Origin: Thermoflexales bacterium
Lineage (GTDB): Bacteria > Chloroflexota > Anaerolineae > J036 > Brachytrichaceae
Assembly: GCA_034430115.1 (NCBI GenBank)
Contig: DAOUFG010000078.1
Coordinates: 10,606 to 74,605, forward strand
DNA length: 64,000 nt
Reading direction: 5' to 3'
Below, piece by piece: positions 7,664 to 17,165 of the stretch. Made by a program: the position numbers and the translations under genes. The notes below the pieces were generated by a model. The model ran no database searches, was not told the origin of the DNA, and saw only the letters and a program-made list of their open reading frames with translations. Within the stretch, counting starts at the first letter, position 1, and every line of letters begins with the position of its first letter.

Positions 7664-8962
7664 TCAGGCTCCTGCCGTCGTCAGGATGAAGTTTTGCGGG
7701 TCCAGCCACTTTTGTGCAGCGGCGCGAATATCGGCCAGGGTCACGCTGTGCACGCGTTCGGAATAGTGCAGCAGGTAATCCAGCCCCAGGTCGTAACGCA
7801 CCATATTGGCGATGTGGCCGGCAATGCCTTCGTTCGTCTCCATCTGCAACGGCAACGAACCGACGAAGTAGGACTGGTTATCCTCCAACTCCGTTTGCTT
7901 CACCTTGCGCTCGCGAATCCGCCGCACCTCGGCCACCGAGATGTCCACCACGCGGTTCACTGTGTTGGGGTTCGTGCCGGCGCTGATCGTCCACGCGCCG
8001 GGGCCGGGGCCACCCTCAAAGCGGCTGCCGATGTAATATACCAACCCCTCTTCCTTGCGCACGCTCTCGCCTAGCCGGCCATACATGCCAAACTGGCCCA
8101 GGATGCTGTTCATCAACACGCAACTGATCCAGTCCGGCTCATAGCGCGACGGGCCTGGAATGCCCCAGATCAGCGTCGTCTGGCTCTTGCCCGGCATGGA
8201 GATATCCTTGCGCGATTGCCCGCTCACGCGTGGCACGGGCGGCATTTCGGGGCGCGCCGGGCGCACGGCTTCCCAATCGCCAAAGGCCGCCTGCACGCGT
8301 TCACAGGCCTCCTGCGCCTTGAGCGCTCCCACGACGACCACCACCATCCCTTCCGGGGCGTAATAGGTGCGATGAAAATCCGCCACGTCGTCGCACGTAA
8401 TCGCCTGCGCCGTCTCGGGGTAACCCTCCACCGAGTAGTGATAGGGATGCGTATCGGGGTAGCACATCTCGCGGAAGGCCAGGCCCGCCCGCGCACTGGT
8501 GCTGTTGGCGCGCTCCTCCAGTCCGGCGAGCCACTCGCCGCGTTCCTTCTCCACCCCTTCCGCGGGGAAGGTGGGGCGGCGAATCACGTCGCTCAGCATA
8601 TCCAGCATGAAAGGCATGTCCTCGGCCAGGCTCTTGGAAAAGAACCCCGTGGAGTGCATACCCGAAGAGACGCTCAAATTCGCGCCGATGGACTCGGTCA
8701 ATTCAAAGAGCTGCTCGTAGCTGAAGCGCTCCGTGCCGCGCATCAGGCAGTCCGACACGAACGAGGCCAGCCCCGCCTTGGCAGGCATTTCATCGCGCGC
8801 GCCAACGTTCAAATAGCCGCTCACCACCACCGCCGGGCTGGCGAAGTTTTCGTAGGCAAAAACGCGAATGCCATTTTTCAGTTTGAGCTGCACGATGTTG
8901 GCCTCACAAGGCAGCGACTGTGCCACCGCGCGCTTCGCTTGATACTTTTGTCTGCTTGGCAT
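7664..8962 (-). CDS. M16-family peptidase, non-catalytic (beta-type) subunit
   Basis: M16-like architecture with no HxxEH motif. Immediately downstream of the active M16 gene. Confidence 0.65.
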   Translation of the reverse strand: MPSRQKYQAKRAVAQSLPCEANIVQLKLKNGIRVFAYENFASPAVVVSGYLNVGARDEMPAKAGLASFVSDCLMRGTERFSYEQLFELTESIGANLSVSSGMHSTGFFSKSLAEDMPFMLDMLSDVIRRPTFPAEGVEKERGEWLAGLEERANSTSARAGLAFREMCYPDTHPYHYSVEGYPETAQAITCDDVADFHRTYYAPEGMVVVVVGALKAQEACERVQAAFGDWEAVRPARPEMPPVPRVSGQSRKDISMPGKSQTTLIWGIPGPSRYEPDWISCVLMNSILGQFGMYGRLGESVRKEEGLVYYIGSRFEGGPGPGAWTISAGTNPNTVNRVVDISVAEVRRIRERKVKQTELEDNQSYFVGSLPLQMETNEGIAGHIANMVRYDLGLDYLLHYSERVHSVTLADIRAAAQKWLDPQNFILTTAGA

Positions 8963-8970
8963 GAATGTCC

Positions 8971-10356
8971 CTACTTCTCTTGCCCCCGGTAGTGGCCCAC
9001 CGTCACGTTATCGCGACTGAGATATTTCTCGGCCACGCGTCGCACGTCCTCTATGCCGACAGCGCTGAGGTTGTCCACAAAGCGGATGAACCACGCATAA
9101 TCGGCAAACACCTCACAGTACCCTAACCAGAACGCCTGGTTGGTGACAGACTCACTGCTGAAAGCGAACTGTGCTTTGGATTGTTTGATCGCCTTATCCA
9201 GCTCGGCCTGGGTGACGGACGACAGTTTCACCTTCTCGATCTCATCCCACAGCACGCGTTCCAGTTCGTCGATGTCCTTGCCCGGCTGCACCGTAGCAAA
9301 GAATGAATAGAGATAGGGATCGATTGTAGGCGTCACGCCTGCGCCCACATCGGCGGCCAGGCCGGTATCCACCAGCGCCTTGCTAAGCCGGCTGGAACGG
9401 TTGCTGGTGCCGCCGCCGGCAAATGAGAGCCCGCTCGCGCCGCATAACACCGAATCCAGCGCCATCAGCGGGAAGAAGTCCTCGTGCGCCTGGCTGTCGG
9501 GCCCGATTGGTGGCGGCGCATGAAACGACATCAGCAGATAGTCGGTACTGCCCTCGCCCTTCACCGTCACGCGGCGCTCGCCGCGCTGCTCCGGCTCATT
9601 GACCGAAAGCGGCGCAAGGTCGGGCCCGCGCTTCAGCTTGCCGTATAGCTGCGTCAGGCGCGCCAGCATCTCCTGCGTGTCAAAGTCGCCGGCCAGCGCG
9701 ACGATTGCGTTATTGGGCGTGTAGTAACGGCGATAGTGCGCGTATAAATCCTCGCGCGTCATGCTGGTCAGGTCGCACAGGTGGCCCACCACTTCATGCC
9801 CATAAGGGTGTACCTTGAAGGCCGCCGCCTGCACCTCCTCCGCCAGCCGGAAGACCGGGCTGTTTTCCGAACCCTGCCGCTCGTTGATGATGACGGTGCG
9901 TTCGCTCTGCACCTCCTGCGGGTCGATCAGCGAGTGCACCATGCGGTCCGCTTCCAGGCGCAACGCCAGGTCGATCTTGTTCGACGGCATCGTCTCATAG
10001 TAAGTGGTCCAATCGACCCAGGTCATGCCGTTGCGCATGCCGCCCTCGCGGCTCACCAGCCGGTCTAGTTCGGTTTCGCTGTACGTGGGCGTGCCTTTGA
10101 AGAGCATGTGCTCCACCCAGTGCGAAATGCCCGTGATGCCCAGGTGTTCATTGCGCGACCCCACGCGATACCACACCCAGAACGACGTCACCGGCGCAAT
10201 GTGCATCTCCTTCAGCACAAGCGTCAACCCATTGGGCAAGGCGGCCTTGGTAATGCCATCATGCTGCGCCAGGATGCGCGGGCGTGCAGATGGGAGGCGG
10301 CGTTTCGCAGCGCCGGTACGCGATAACCGTGCCGGCGCGCGAGTGTTTTTCGGCAT
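8971..10356 (-). CDS. M16-family zinc peptidase (pitrilysin/insulinase-like), catalytic subunit
   Basis: Inverted zinc-binding motif HWVEH followed by the EGGMRNG region. Confidence 0.8.
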   Translation of the reverse strand: MPKNTRAPARLSRTGAAKRRLPSARPRILAQHDGITKAALPNGLTLVLKEMHIAPVTSFWVWYRVGSRNEHLGITGISHWVEHMLFKGTPTYSETELDRLVSREGGMRNGMTWVDWTTYYETMPSNKIDLALRLEADRMVHSLIDPQEVQSERTVIINERQGSENSPVFRLAEEVQAAAFKVHPYGHEVVGHLCDLTSMTREDLYAHYRRYYTPNNAIVALAGDFDTQEMLARLTQLYGKLKRGPDLAPLSVNEPEQRGERRVTVKGEGSTDYLLMSFHAPPPIGPDSQAHEDFFPLMALDSVLCGASGLSFAGGGTSNRSSRLSKALVDTGLAADVGAGVTPTIDPYLYSFFATVQPGKDIDELERVLWDEIEKVKLSSVTQAELDKAIKQSKAQFAFSSESVTNQAFWLGYCEVFADYAWFIRFVDNLSAVGIEDVRRVAEKYLSRDNVTVGHYRGQEK

Positions 10357-10361
10357 TTGTC

Positions 10362-11759
10362 TTACGATCCTTTATTGGTGGCGACAGGCTTCACGTCATT
10401 CCAATCCACTTTCGGTTGTGCGCCATTGCGGCCATTCGCGTAAGCCTGACCATAGCCACGGCCTAGGCCGCGGTAGATGAAGCCCATTTCATACATGACA
10501 GTTGGGTCATACAGGTTGCGCCCATCGATGAAGATCGGCAACTTCATGGAGCGCTTCACACGCTTCAAGTCCAAGTTCTTAAATTCGTTCCAGTCCGTCG
10601 CCAGGACGACCACGTCACACCCCTCGGCCAAATCGTAGGCGTCCTCGCACAGCTTGACCTCCTTCAACACGCGCGCGGAGTTTGGCATCGCCACCGGGTC
10701 ATAGGCTTTCACCAGCGCGCCCTGCTCCTGGAACAGATGTGCCAGGTCGATGCCGGGTGAATCGCGGATGTCGTCGGTGTTGGGCTTGAACGCCAACCCC
10801 AGGATGCCAACTGTCTTGCCGTTCAGGCCGCCGGCCAGTTCACGCGCCTTGGTGATCACGCTGCGGCGCTGGTCGGCATTGATCTGCATCACAGCCTGCA
10901 ACATTTGCGGGTGCTTGCCTTGCACGTTCGCCATGTGCATCAATGCGCTGACGTCCTTCGGGAAACACGAGCCGCCGTAGCCCAGCCCGGCATCCAGGAA
11001 GGCACGCCCAATGCGCTTGTCATAGCCCATGCCCACGGCCACTTCCTTCACATCCGCACCCAGCGCCTCGCAGATATTGGCGATCTCGTTAATGAACGAG
11101 ATCTTGGTCGCCAGGAATGCGTTGGAGGCATACTTGATCATTTCAGCGGTGCGCAGGTCGGTAACCACAATCGGCGCGCGCAATGGGAAGTAGAGTTGCG
11201 CCACGCGCTCGGCTGCGCTGCGGTCCAACGAGCCCAACACGATGCGGTCGGGGTTCAGGAAGTCGCTGATGGCGGAACCCTCGCGCAAAAACTCGGGGTT
11301 GCTCACCACACTGAAGGGAACGGGCTGGGGTTGCTTGTGAACCACGATGTCGGCCACCCAGTCACCTGTGCCGACGGGCACCGTGCTCTTATTGACGATG
11401 ATGACGGGGTGATCGATCATCTCGGCCACCGTCTCGGCCACCGCGCGCACGTAACGCAGGTCCGCCTCGCCATCCACGCCCTCGGGTGTACCCACGGCCA
11501 CGAACACCATCTCCGCCGGGGCCTCCGGGTTGTTCAACGCCTCCGCGTAGGAAGTGGTGAATGACAGGCGCCCCGCATTGACATTGCGACGCACCATTTC
11601 TTCCAACCCCGGCTCGTAAATCGGCATGACGTTTTGCCGCAACTTGGCGATGCGCTCCTCGTTCACGTCCAGGCACACCACCCGATTGCCCATATCGGCA
11701 AAACACGTTCCTGTAACCAGCCCAACGTAACCAACGCCAATGACAGTGATATTTCTCAT
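10362..11759 (-). CDS. ugd: UDP-glucose 6-dehydrogenase
   Basis: N-terminal Rossmann [14 protein letters not shown] and catalytic GGSCFPKD motif. Confidence 0.9.
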   Translation of the reverse strand: MRNITVIGVGYVGLVTGTCFADMGNRVVCLDVNEERIAKLRQNVMPIYEPGLEEMVRRNVNAGRLSFTTSYAEALNNPEAPAEMVFVAVGTPEGVDGEADLRYVRAVAETVAEMIDHPVIIVNKSTVPVGTGDWVADIVVHKQPQPVPFSVVSNPEFLREGSAISDFLNPDRIVLGSLDRSAAERVAQLYFPLRAPIVVTDLRTAEMIKYASNAFLATKISFINEIANICEALGADVKEVAVGMGYDKRIGRAFLDAGLGYGGSCFPKDVSALMHMANVQGKHPQMLQAVMQINADQRRSVITKARELAGGLNGKTVGILGLAFKPNTDDIRDSPGIDLAHLFQEQGALVKAYDPVAMPNSARVLKEVKLCEDAYDLAEGCDVVVLATDWNEFKNLDLKRVKRSMKLPIFIDGRNLYDPTVMYEMGFIYRGLGRGYGQAYANGRNGAQPKVDWNDVKPVATNKGS

Positions 11760-11764
11760 TTCTT

Positions 11765-11935
11765 TCCCCCAAACAAAAACGAGATTGGAGTTGGAGATGC
11801 GAGATTGGTTAATTCACCACAAATCAAAACGACTGTACAGGTGAGGGTTCCACCTGCATGATCGATGTCATCCGTAGTTGAGAGCGCCCAATCTCCATCT
11901 CAAATCTCTAATCTCTAGTTACCAATTAATCCCCA
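11765..11935. repeat. MITE-like element with about 35-nt imperfect terminal inverted repeats of GATTGGAGAT units flanking a roughly 65-nt core
   Basis: gagattggagttggagatgcgagattggttaatt ... aatctccatctcaaatctctaatctctagttaccaattaat, between the ugd start and the asd stop. Confidence 0.55.
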
Positions 11936-12991
11936 CTTTGCAGCCAACTCCGCATTGAGCAGGCTTCCGCCGGCAGCGCCACGTAAGGTGTTGTGCGCCA
12001 GCGTAACGTACTTTACACCACAACTTCCAAACAACGGCTCGGGCCGCACACGACCGACGACGGTGCTCATCCCCTTCCCCGTCAAGCGATCTCGCCGCGT
12101 CTGCGGGCGGTCGGGCTCGCTGCGCACCACGATCGGTTGCTCAGGCGCCATCGGCAAACCCTTCACTTCCGGGAAGCGATATTCGCTCAACGTGCGCGAC
12201 ACCTCTTCAGGCGTGGCCGGCGAGCCCAATTCCACGGACATGGTAACGATATGGCCATCAATCACCGGCACGCGGTTGCAGTGCGCGCTCAACGCCAGCG
12301 TCGCATCTTCGATGTGATCCTCGCGCAACGTCCCCAGCAGCTTGCGCGCCTCGGCTTCCAGCTTTTCCTCCTCACCTTTGATGTAGGGGATGACGTTATC
12401 GGTGATGTCGAGCGAAGGGACGCCCGGGTAGCCCGCCCCGCTCTCGGCCTGCATGGAAACCGCAAACACGCGCTTGATGCCGAAACGATCATACAACGGA
12501 CGCAGCGACATGCTTGGGCCGCTGACGGTGCAGTTGGTATTGCAGCAAATGCCGCCGCTCCAATCGCGCAGCCGGCGTTGCGCCTTGAGCAATTGTAAAT
12601 GACCGCCATTCACCTCGGTAATCACCAGTGGGACGTCGGATACCTGCCGGTGGAACGAGGCGTTGGAGAAAATAGTCACGCCGGCTTTGGCAAAATCCGG
12701 CTCGGCCGCCTGCGCTGAATCGTTGGGCAGTGCGCTGAAGGCGACGCTGAAATCGGCCCGCGTGCCAACGATCGTCGCCTGGGTGGGCAACAACACGACA
12801 TCGCGCACGTTCTCTGGGATATCGCCTTCGATGACCCAGTGCGCGGCATCGGCATAGCGCTTACCCTCACTGCGGTCCGAAGCCGTTAACGCAGCGATTT
12901 CGAATATCGGATGATTTGCGAGGAGCTGTATGAACCGCTGTCCGACGGCTCCTGTTGCACCAAGGACAGCTACAGGGATCTTGTTCGCCAT
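11915..12991 (-). CDS. asd: Aspartate-semialdehyde dehydrogenase
   Basis: N-terminal VAVLGATGAVGQ and active-site CNTNCTV Cys motif, followed by AVSMQAESGAG. Confidence 0.9.
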   Translation of the reverse strand: MANKIPVAVLGATGAVGQRFIQLLANHPIFEIAALTASDRSEGKRYADAAHWVIEGDIPENVRDVVLLPTQATIVGTRADFSVAFSALPNDSAQAAEPDFAKAGVTIFSNASFHRQVSDVPLVITEVNGGHLQLLKAQRRLRDWSGGICCNTNCTVSGPSMSLRPLYDRFGIKRVFAVSMQAESGAGYPGVPSLDITDNVIPYIKGEEEKLEAEARKLLGTLREDHIEDATLALSAHCNRVPVIDGHIVTMSVELGSPATPEEVSRTLSEYRFPEVKGLPMAPEQPIVVRSEPDRPQTRRDRLTGKGMSTVVGRVRPEPLFGSCGVKYVTLAHNTLRGAAGGSLLNAELAAKWGLIGN

Positions 12992-13076
12992 TTGGCTCTT
13001 GATGATACCTCAGGAGCATCAACGGACATTCGTTGGCGCGATTGACGCGAAATGCTCAAGCATCACTGGCCAGTTG

Positions 13077-13517
13077 TCAAGCCCTATTGCAATCCCATTC
13101 GTTTAAATTCGTTGACTCTCCGAGCGTGATGAAATCCTTGATCGCCGCAAAGATCGCATCGCCGATGCCCTTCACCTCACGAATATCCTCGATGCGTTTG
13201 AATGGCCCATGTTCCTGGCGATAGGCGATAATACGTTGCGCGAGTGTCGGGCCGATGTGTGGCAGGCTTGCCAGTGCGTCGGCGTCCGCCGTATTGATAT
13301 TGACTTTGTTCGCCGGCGAAGGAGTCTCCACGAGGGTAGTCGCGCGCGGGCTGCTCGTTGCACGTGGTGTGCGCGTGGGGTGTGCAGTTGGCTCTGGGGT
13401 GACGTAGAGCGTGGCCGATACAGCCGGCGTCTCGAGGATAATGGGTTGCGCAGCAGTGCCGCAGCCTGCCAGCAGGACGATGAGTATCAATAGCGCCCAC
13501 GTCGAACAATGGGTCAT
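13077..13517 (-). CDS. comEA: ComEA-like helix-hairpin-helix DNA-binding lipoprotein
   Basis: Signal peptide with LLAGCG lipobox. C-terminal VNINTADADALASLPHIGPTLAQRIIAYRQEHGPFKRIEDIREVKGIG tandem HhH. Confidence 0.7.
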   Translation of the reverse strand: MTHCSTWALLILIVLLAGCGTAAQPIILETPAVSATLYVTPEPTAHPTRTPRATSSPRATTLVETPSPANKVNINTADADALASLPHIGPTLAQRIIAYRQEHGPFKRIEDIREVKGIGDAIFAAIKDFITLGESTNLNEWDCNRA

Positions 13518-13552
13518 ATGTTGCTAGAATTATTATAAGGGCTCAACTCTTT

Positions 13553-14437
13553 ATGAATATCATTCTGATTGGCGCAAATGGGCAATTGGGAACCGACCTA
13601 TGCGCAGCATTGGCAGCACACAATGTGATTGCAGCCATCCAACCCGGCACACCCGCTGGTGATCTGAAGCAGGTGGTTGAACTTGACGTAAGTAACACCG
13701 CCCAGGTGCGCGCTTGTATCGCTCAGTATGCACCTCAGTTAGTCATTAATACGGCCGCCTTTCATCGTGTGGATGATATAGAAAAAGATGCTGCCATGGC
13801 ATTGCAGATCAACGCCTTGGCGGCACAGCAACTGGCACTCGTTTGCCGCGAAGCGGACATCGCCCTGATGTACTTCAGCACCGATTACGTGTTCGATGGC
13901 GCCCATGACACCCCCTACACCGAAGCAGACTTGCCCAACCCCATCAGCGCATATGGGGCGACCAAACTGGCCGGTGAACTCTTGATTCGCTCGGCCTGGC
14001 ACAAACACTACATCCTGCGCCCATGTGGGCTCTATGGCACTGCAGGTGCCATGGGCAAAGGCGGCAACTTCGTCAACACAATGCTCCGCCTGGCACGTGA
14101 AGGCAAGCCCATTCGCGTCATCGACGATCAAATCTGTACTCCCACCTTCACCCAGGATCTGGCCGCTCAAATCGCCACGCTGATCGAGACCGGCCAATAC
14201 GGCACGTACCACACGACAAATGATGGGGCATGCTCGTGGTACGAATTTACATTGGAAATCTTTCGTCTCGCAGGGCTATCACCAAGTGTCACCCCAATCA
14301 CGAGCGAGGAGTTCAACGCGCCCGCAAAGCGGCCCGCCTACTCCGTACTCGAAAATCACGCCCTGCGCCAGTTAGGGATCGACCGCATGCGTGATTGGCA
14401 CGCAGCATTGGCCGAATACATCCGGCTGGTTTGCTAA
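13553..14437 (+). CDS. rfbD: dTDP-4-dehydrorhamnose reductase
   Basis: MNIILIGANGQLG, STDYVFDG and PISAYGATKLAGE (YxxxK) are typical of RmlD. Confidence 0.85.
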   Translation: MNIILIGANGQLGTDLCAALAAHNVIAAIQPGTPAGDLKQVVELDVSNTAQVRACIAQYAPQLVINTAAFHRVDDIEKDAAMALQINALAAQQLALVCREADIALMYFSTDYVFDGAHDTPYTEADLPNPISAYGATKLAGELLIRSAWHKHYILRPCGLYGTAGAMGKGGNFVNTMLRLAREGKPIRVIDDQICTPTFTQDLAAQIATLIETGQYGTYHTTNDGACSWYEFTLEIFRLAGLSPSVTPITSEEFNAPAKRPAYSVLENHALRQLGIDRMRDWHAALAEYIRLVC

Positions 14438-14469
14438 GCCAACACATCTTCATTTCGGACGTCAACAGT

Positions 14470-15741
14470 ATGTCAACAGCAATCGAATTTTCGCACGTTT
14501 CCAAGCATTTCCGCCTGGAACGTGATAAACCCCGCGCTTTTCAAGATCTCTTCATCTCCCTGGCCCAGCGCAGACGCAACCGGGAGGCGGAGGAATTCTG
14601 GGCACTGAAAGACGTCAGTTTCGACGTACAACGTGGCGAGACAATAGGTTTGATCGGCTCTAATGGTTCCGGCAAGAGCACTTCACTCAAGTTGATCACT
14701 CGCATCATTTCACCTAGCGCCGGAACAGTGAGTATACATGGGCGTGTTACAGCTTTATTGGAACTTGGTGCAGGCTTTCACCCTGAACTCAGCGGACGCG
14801 ACAACGTCTATCTAAACGGGACCATACTAGGCCTTTCACGCAAGGAAATCAGCAAGAAGATAGATGCCATCATTGAGTTCTCTGAGCTTGAAGACTTCAT
14901 CGACGTACAGGTCAAGAACTACTCCAGTGGGATGTATGCCAGGCTAGGCTTCGCTGTTTCTGTCTACCTGGACCCTGAAATTCTTCTTATAGATGAAGTA
15001 TTATCGGTTGGAGATCAAAGCTTTCAGCAAAAATGCAATGAGCGCATGCTCAAATTAAGGCAGCAGGGAATTACCATCGCTTTTGTATCCCATGACTTAG
15101 ATAGCGTCAGCCGCTTATGTTCCAGAGCAGTATGGCTTGATCATGGTCACGTCATCATGGACGATGAAGCCCCTAAAGTAACAGAAGCCTACTACAAACA
15201 CGTCTTAGAGAAAGATAGTTCGGATCGCAACGAAGGCACAGCGTGGGCAGGGAATCGTCTCGGAAGTGGCGAAGCACGGATCACAAAGATAGAGTTTTTA
15301 GGCAAAGAGGGGACTTTACGCCATGTGTTCTTGACCAACGAGCCATTGACTATCAGAATGTACTATAAAACTTTTCAACGAATAGAACTGCCAGTATTTG
15401 GACTCGCCTTCTATCATGCAGCCTCAGGGACACATCTTTCTGGGCCAAACAACCGCTTCGACAATATAAAGTTCCCTGTTATCTCAGACCAGGGGTACAT
15501 TGATTACCACATTGACAAGATACCCTTCCTTCCAGGCGACTACTTACTCAGCACCTCGATTTATGATTGGAACGATACACACCAATATGACTTCTATCAC
15601 CATTGCGCGCGTTTCACAATCATCCCCGGCGGGACAAATGAGCGTTACGGGCTAGTTTCCATGAATGGTTCGTGGGACCATATAGCTTTGAGCACAAAGA
15701 TTGATATGGCTGAAGCAGAAAGAACAACAGGAATAATGTGA
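14470..15741 (+). CDS. wzt: Wzt/TagH-type polysaccharide-export ABC ATPase with C-terminal carbohydrate-binding domain. No adjacent wzm permease.
   Basis: Walker A GSNGSGKST, ABC signature YSSGM and Walker B LLIDE. A roughly 190-aa C-terminal extension after the NBD, as in Wzt. ATG at 14470. Confidence 0.75.
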   Translation: MSTAIEFSHVSKHFRLERDKPRAFQDLFISLAQRRRNREAEEFWALKDVSFDVQRGETIGLIGSNGSGKSTSLKLITRIISPSAGTVSIHGRVTALLELGAGFHPELSGRDNVYLNGTILGLSRKEISKKIDAIIEFSELEDFIDVQVKNYSSGMYARLGFAVSVYLDPEILLIDEVLSVGDQSFQQKCNERMLKLRQQGITIAFVSHDLDSVSRLCSRAVWLDHGHVIMDDEAPKVTEAYYKHVLEKDSSDRNEGTAWAGNRLGSGEARITKIEFLGKEGTLRHVFLTNEPLTIRMYYKTFQRIELPVFGLAFYHAASGTHLSGPNNRFDNIKFPVISDQGYIDYHIDKIPFLPGDYLLSTSIYDWNDTHQYDFYHHCARFTIIPGGTNERYGLVSMNGSWDHIALSTKIDMAEAERTTGIM

Positions 15742-15819
15742 CATGGGTGTTCTTCACGGAATACTGGCTACCTTGGGCAATAAAGATGATGTCGGGAATG
15801 GCGCAGCCAAGAATTCACA

Positions 15820-15960
15820 GCAGACTTCAAAGCGCAAGTGGTGCTGGAACCGTTAATTAGGGAGAAGAACGCCACAAAATTGGCCTGCGAGCATGACATC
15901 AAAGATAACTTGACCGGTGGCCTGACATGTGCAATTTGTGGAACGCAACGCACACGCGTC
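15820..15960 (+). mobile_element. Degraded fragment of an IS transposase OrfA (HTH_Tnp_1-like N-terminus); no intact ORF
   Basis: Translation ADFKAQVVLEPLIREKNATKLACEHDIKDNLTGGL resembles the conserved FKAQVVLEAL...ELA...V..NQI start of IS3/IS911-type OrfA. The frame is then lost. It lies at the GC-content transition. Confidence 0.35.
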
Positions 15961-16115
15961 GCCGAACTAGGGCAAATGATCGGTTGATTGACGATGCAAC
16001 CGGCAATGGCGGAAAGCATCGGTGTAGCTGGACTCCACAAGGAATAGAAGCACAAGCGATCATGAAGACACTGGTGGGGATATCAGCGATACGATTGCTT
16101 TATAATCTGCGTTTC

Positions 16116-17165
16116 TTACTCCCACCCTCGCAACCACGGCGTGCGACTCACCAGAGTGCGTGAATAATATAAGCCCCTATGCTCTTTTGCCTGTTCTTCG
16201 CGTAACAATTCCTCTCTATCCCATTGAGCAAGCTGTTGCGTCTGTATAAGAATATCCTTCTTGGGACGAGCAAGTATGTAGTCAAATAAAGATGAATTCG
16301 GATGTTTTGTCAGAAATTTCTCATCCGCGCGCATAATATGCTCCAACCAAGACAACTGTTCAGCAGAGCTTGCTCTTGAAAAGTTAACATTATGGGTTAG
16401 AACCACATATGCTAAAGCGCCACCTCCATGCTTGTAATCATCAATATGAAAATAACGCTGCAAAAAGGGAACGATTAACTCGGAGTGTATCGCTTCTGTA
16501 GGATCCAATGAGAGCATTGTGGGCAAGTGAGGGTAACGCATTTGTTGGCGAAGTGAAGTGGGCAATGTACTATTTAGCCACAAAGCCGCTACCCATTGGC
16601 GAACAGGATACTGATTACGATGAGGCCCTACATAATCGTAACTCACAAAACATCCATCTTCTGGTAATAGTTCAGCAATCTTATGGAATATCCTGTTTAA
16701 ATAAGCATTATGATGAGCTGCAGCATAATTCACAACGAGGTCGTAACCATCTTCAGGGAAGTCGGCGCTGTTTGTGTCCATTTGATAATAGCGTAAAGGT
16801 AACCCCATGGCTTTTTTACGTGCCTGTTCTAGCAAGCCAGTTAAAAAATCCACCCCCACAGCCTCATCAAATAATCCTTGTGCAAACAGAGCACGTTCTA
16901 CCCACCCATCACCACAATTTAGGATCAGAGCTTTTTTAAAGCGGCGCCCTTTCACAGTCTTCTGAAAATACTCATCCCATGAGACAAAGACATCTCCGCT
17001 GATTCTCCGATTCACCTCCATTGCAATATAACGATAATCGTTCCAGTAGACGCCTTGATAATAATTGGCGTTTTTAATGCTTGGGACAATATTGTCAGAT
17101 ACCGGGGCAGGCCCAATTAAATCTCCCCCTTTATGCATTAATACGCTGCAAAGCTTGTTGTACAT
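16116..17165 (-). CDS. Class I SAM-dependent methyltransferase (start uncertain; ORF track extends to 17249)
   Basis: Motif I LILNCGDGWVERAL. Low-GC codon usage. Confidence 0.5.
   Translation of the reverse strand: MYNKLCSVLMHKGGDLIGPAPVSDNIVPSIKNANYYQGVYWNDYRYIAMEVNRRISGDVFVSWDEYFQKTVKGRRFKKALILNCGDGWVERALFAQGLFDEAVGVDFLTGLLEQARKKAMGLPLRYYQMDTNSADFPEDGYDLVVNYAAAHHNAYLNRIFHKIAELLPEDGCFVSYDYVGPHRNQYPVRQWVAALWLNSTLPTSLRQQMRYPHLPTMLSLDPTEAIHSELIVPFLQRYFHIDDYKHGGGALAYVVLTHNVNFSRASSAEQLSWLEHIMRADEKFLTKHPNSSLFDYILARPKKDILIQTQQLAQWDREELLREEQAKEHRGLYYSRTLVSRTPWLRGWE

Noticed and set aside
15927-16163. 78-aa ORF after wzt
   Set aside because: It lies within the decayed IS-fragment region; the translation has no recognisable fold and is interrupted relative to the transposase-like frame. 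It is treated as part of the remnant and not as a gene.
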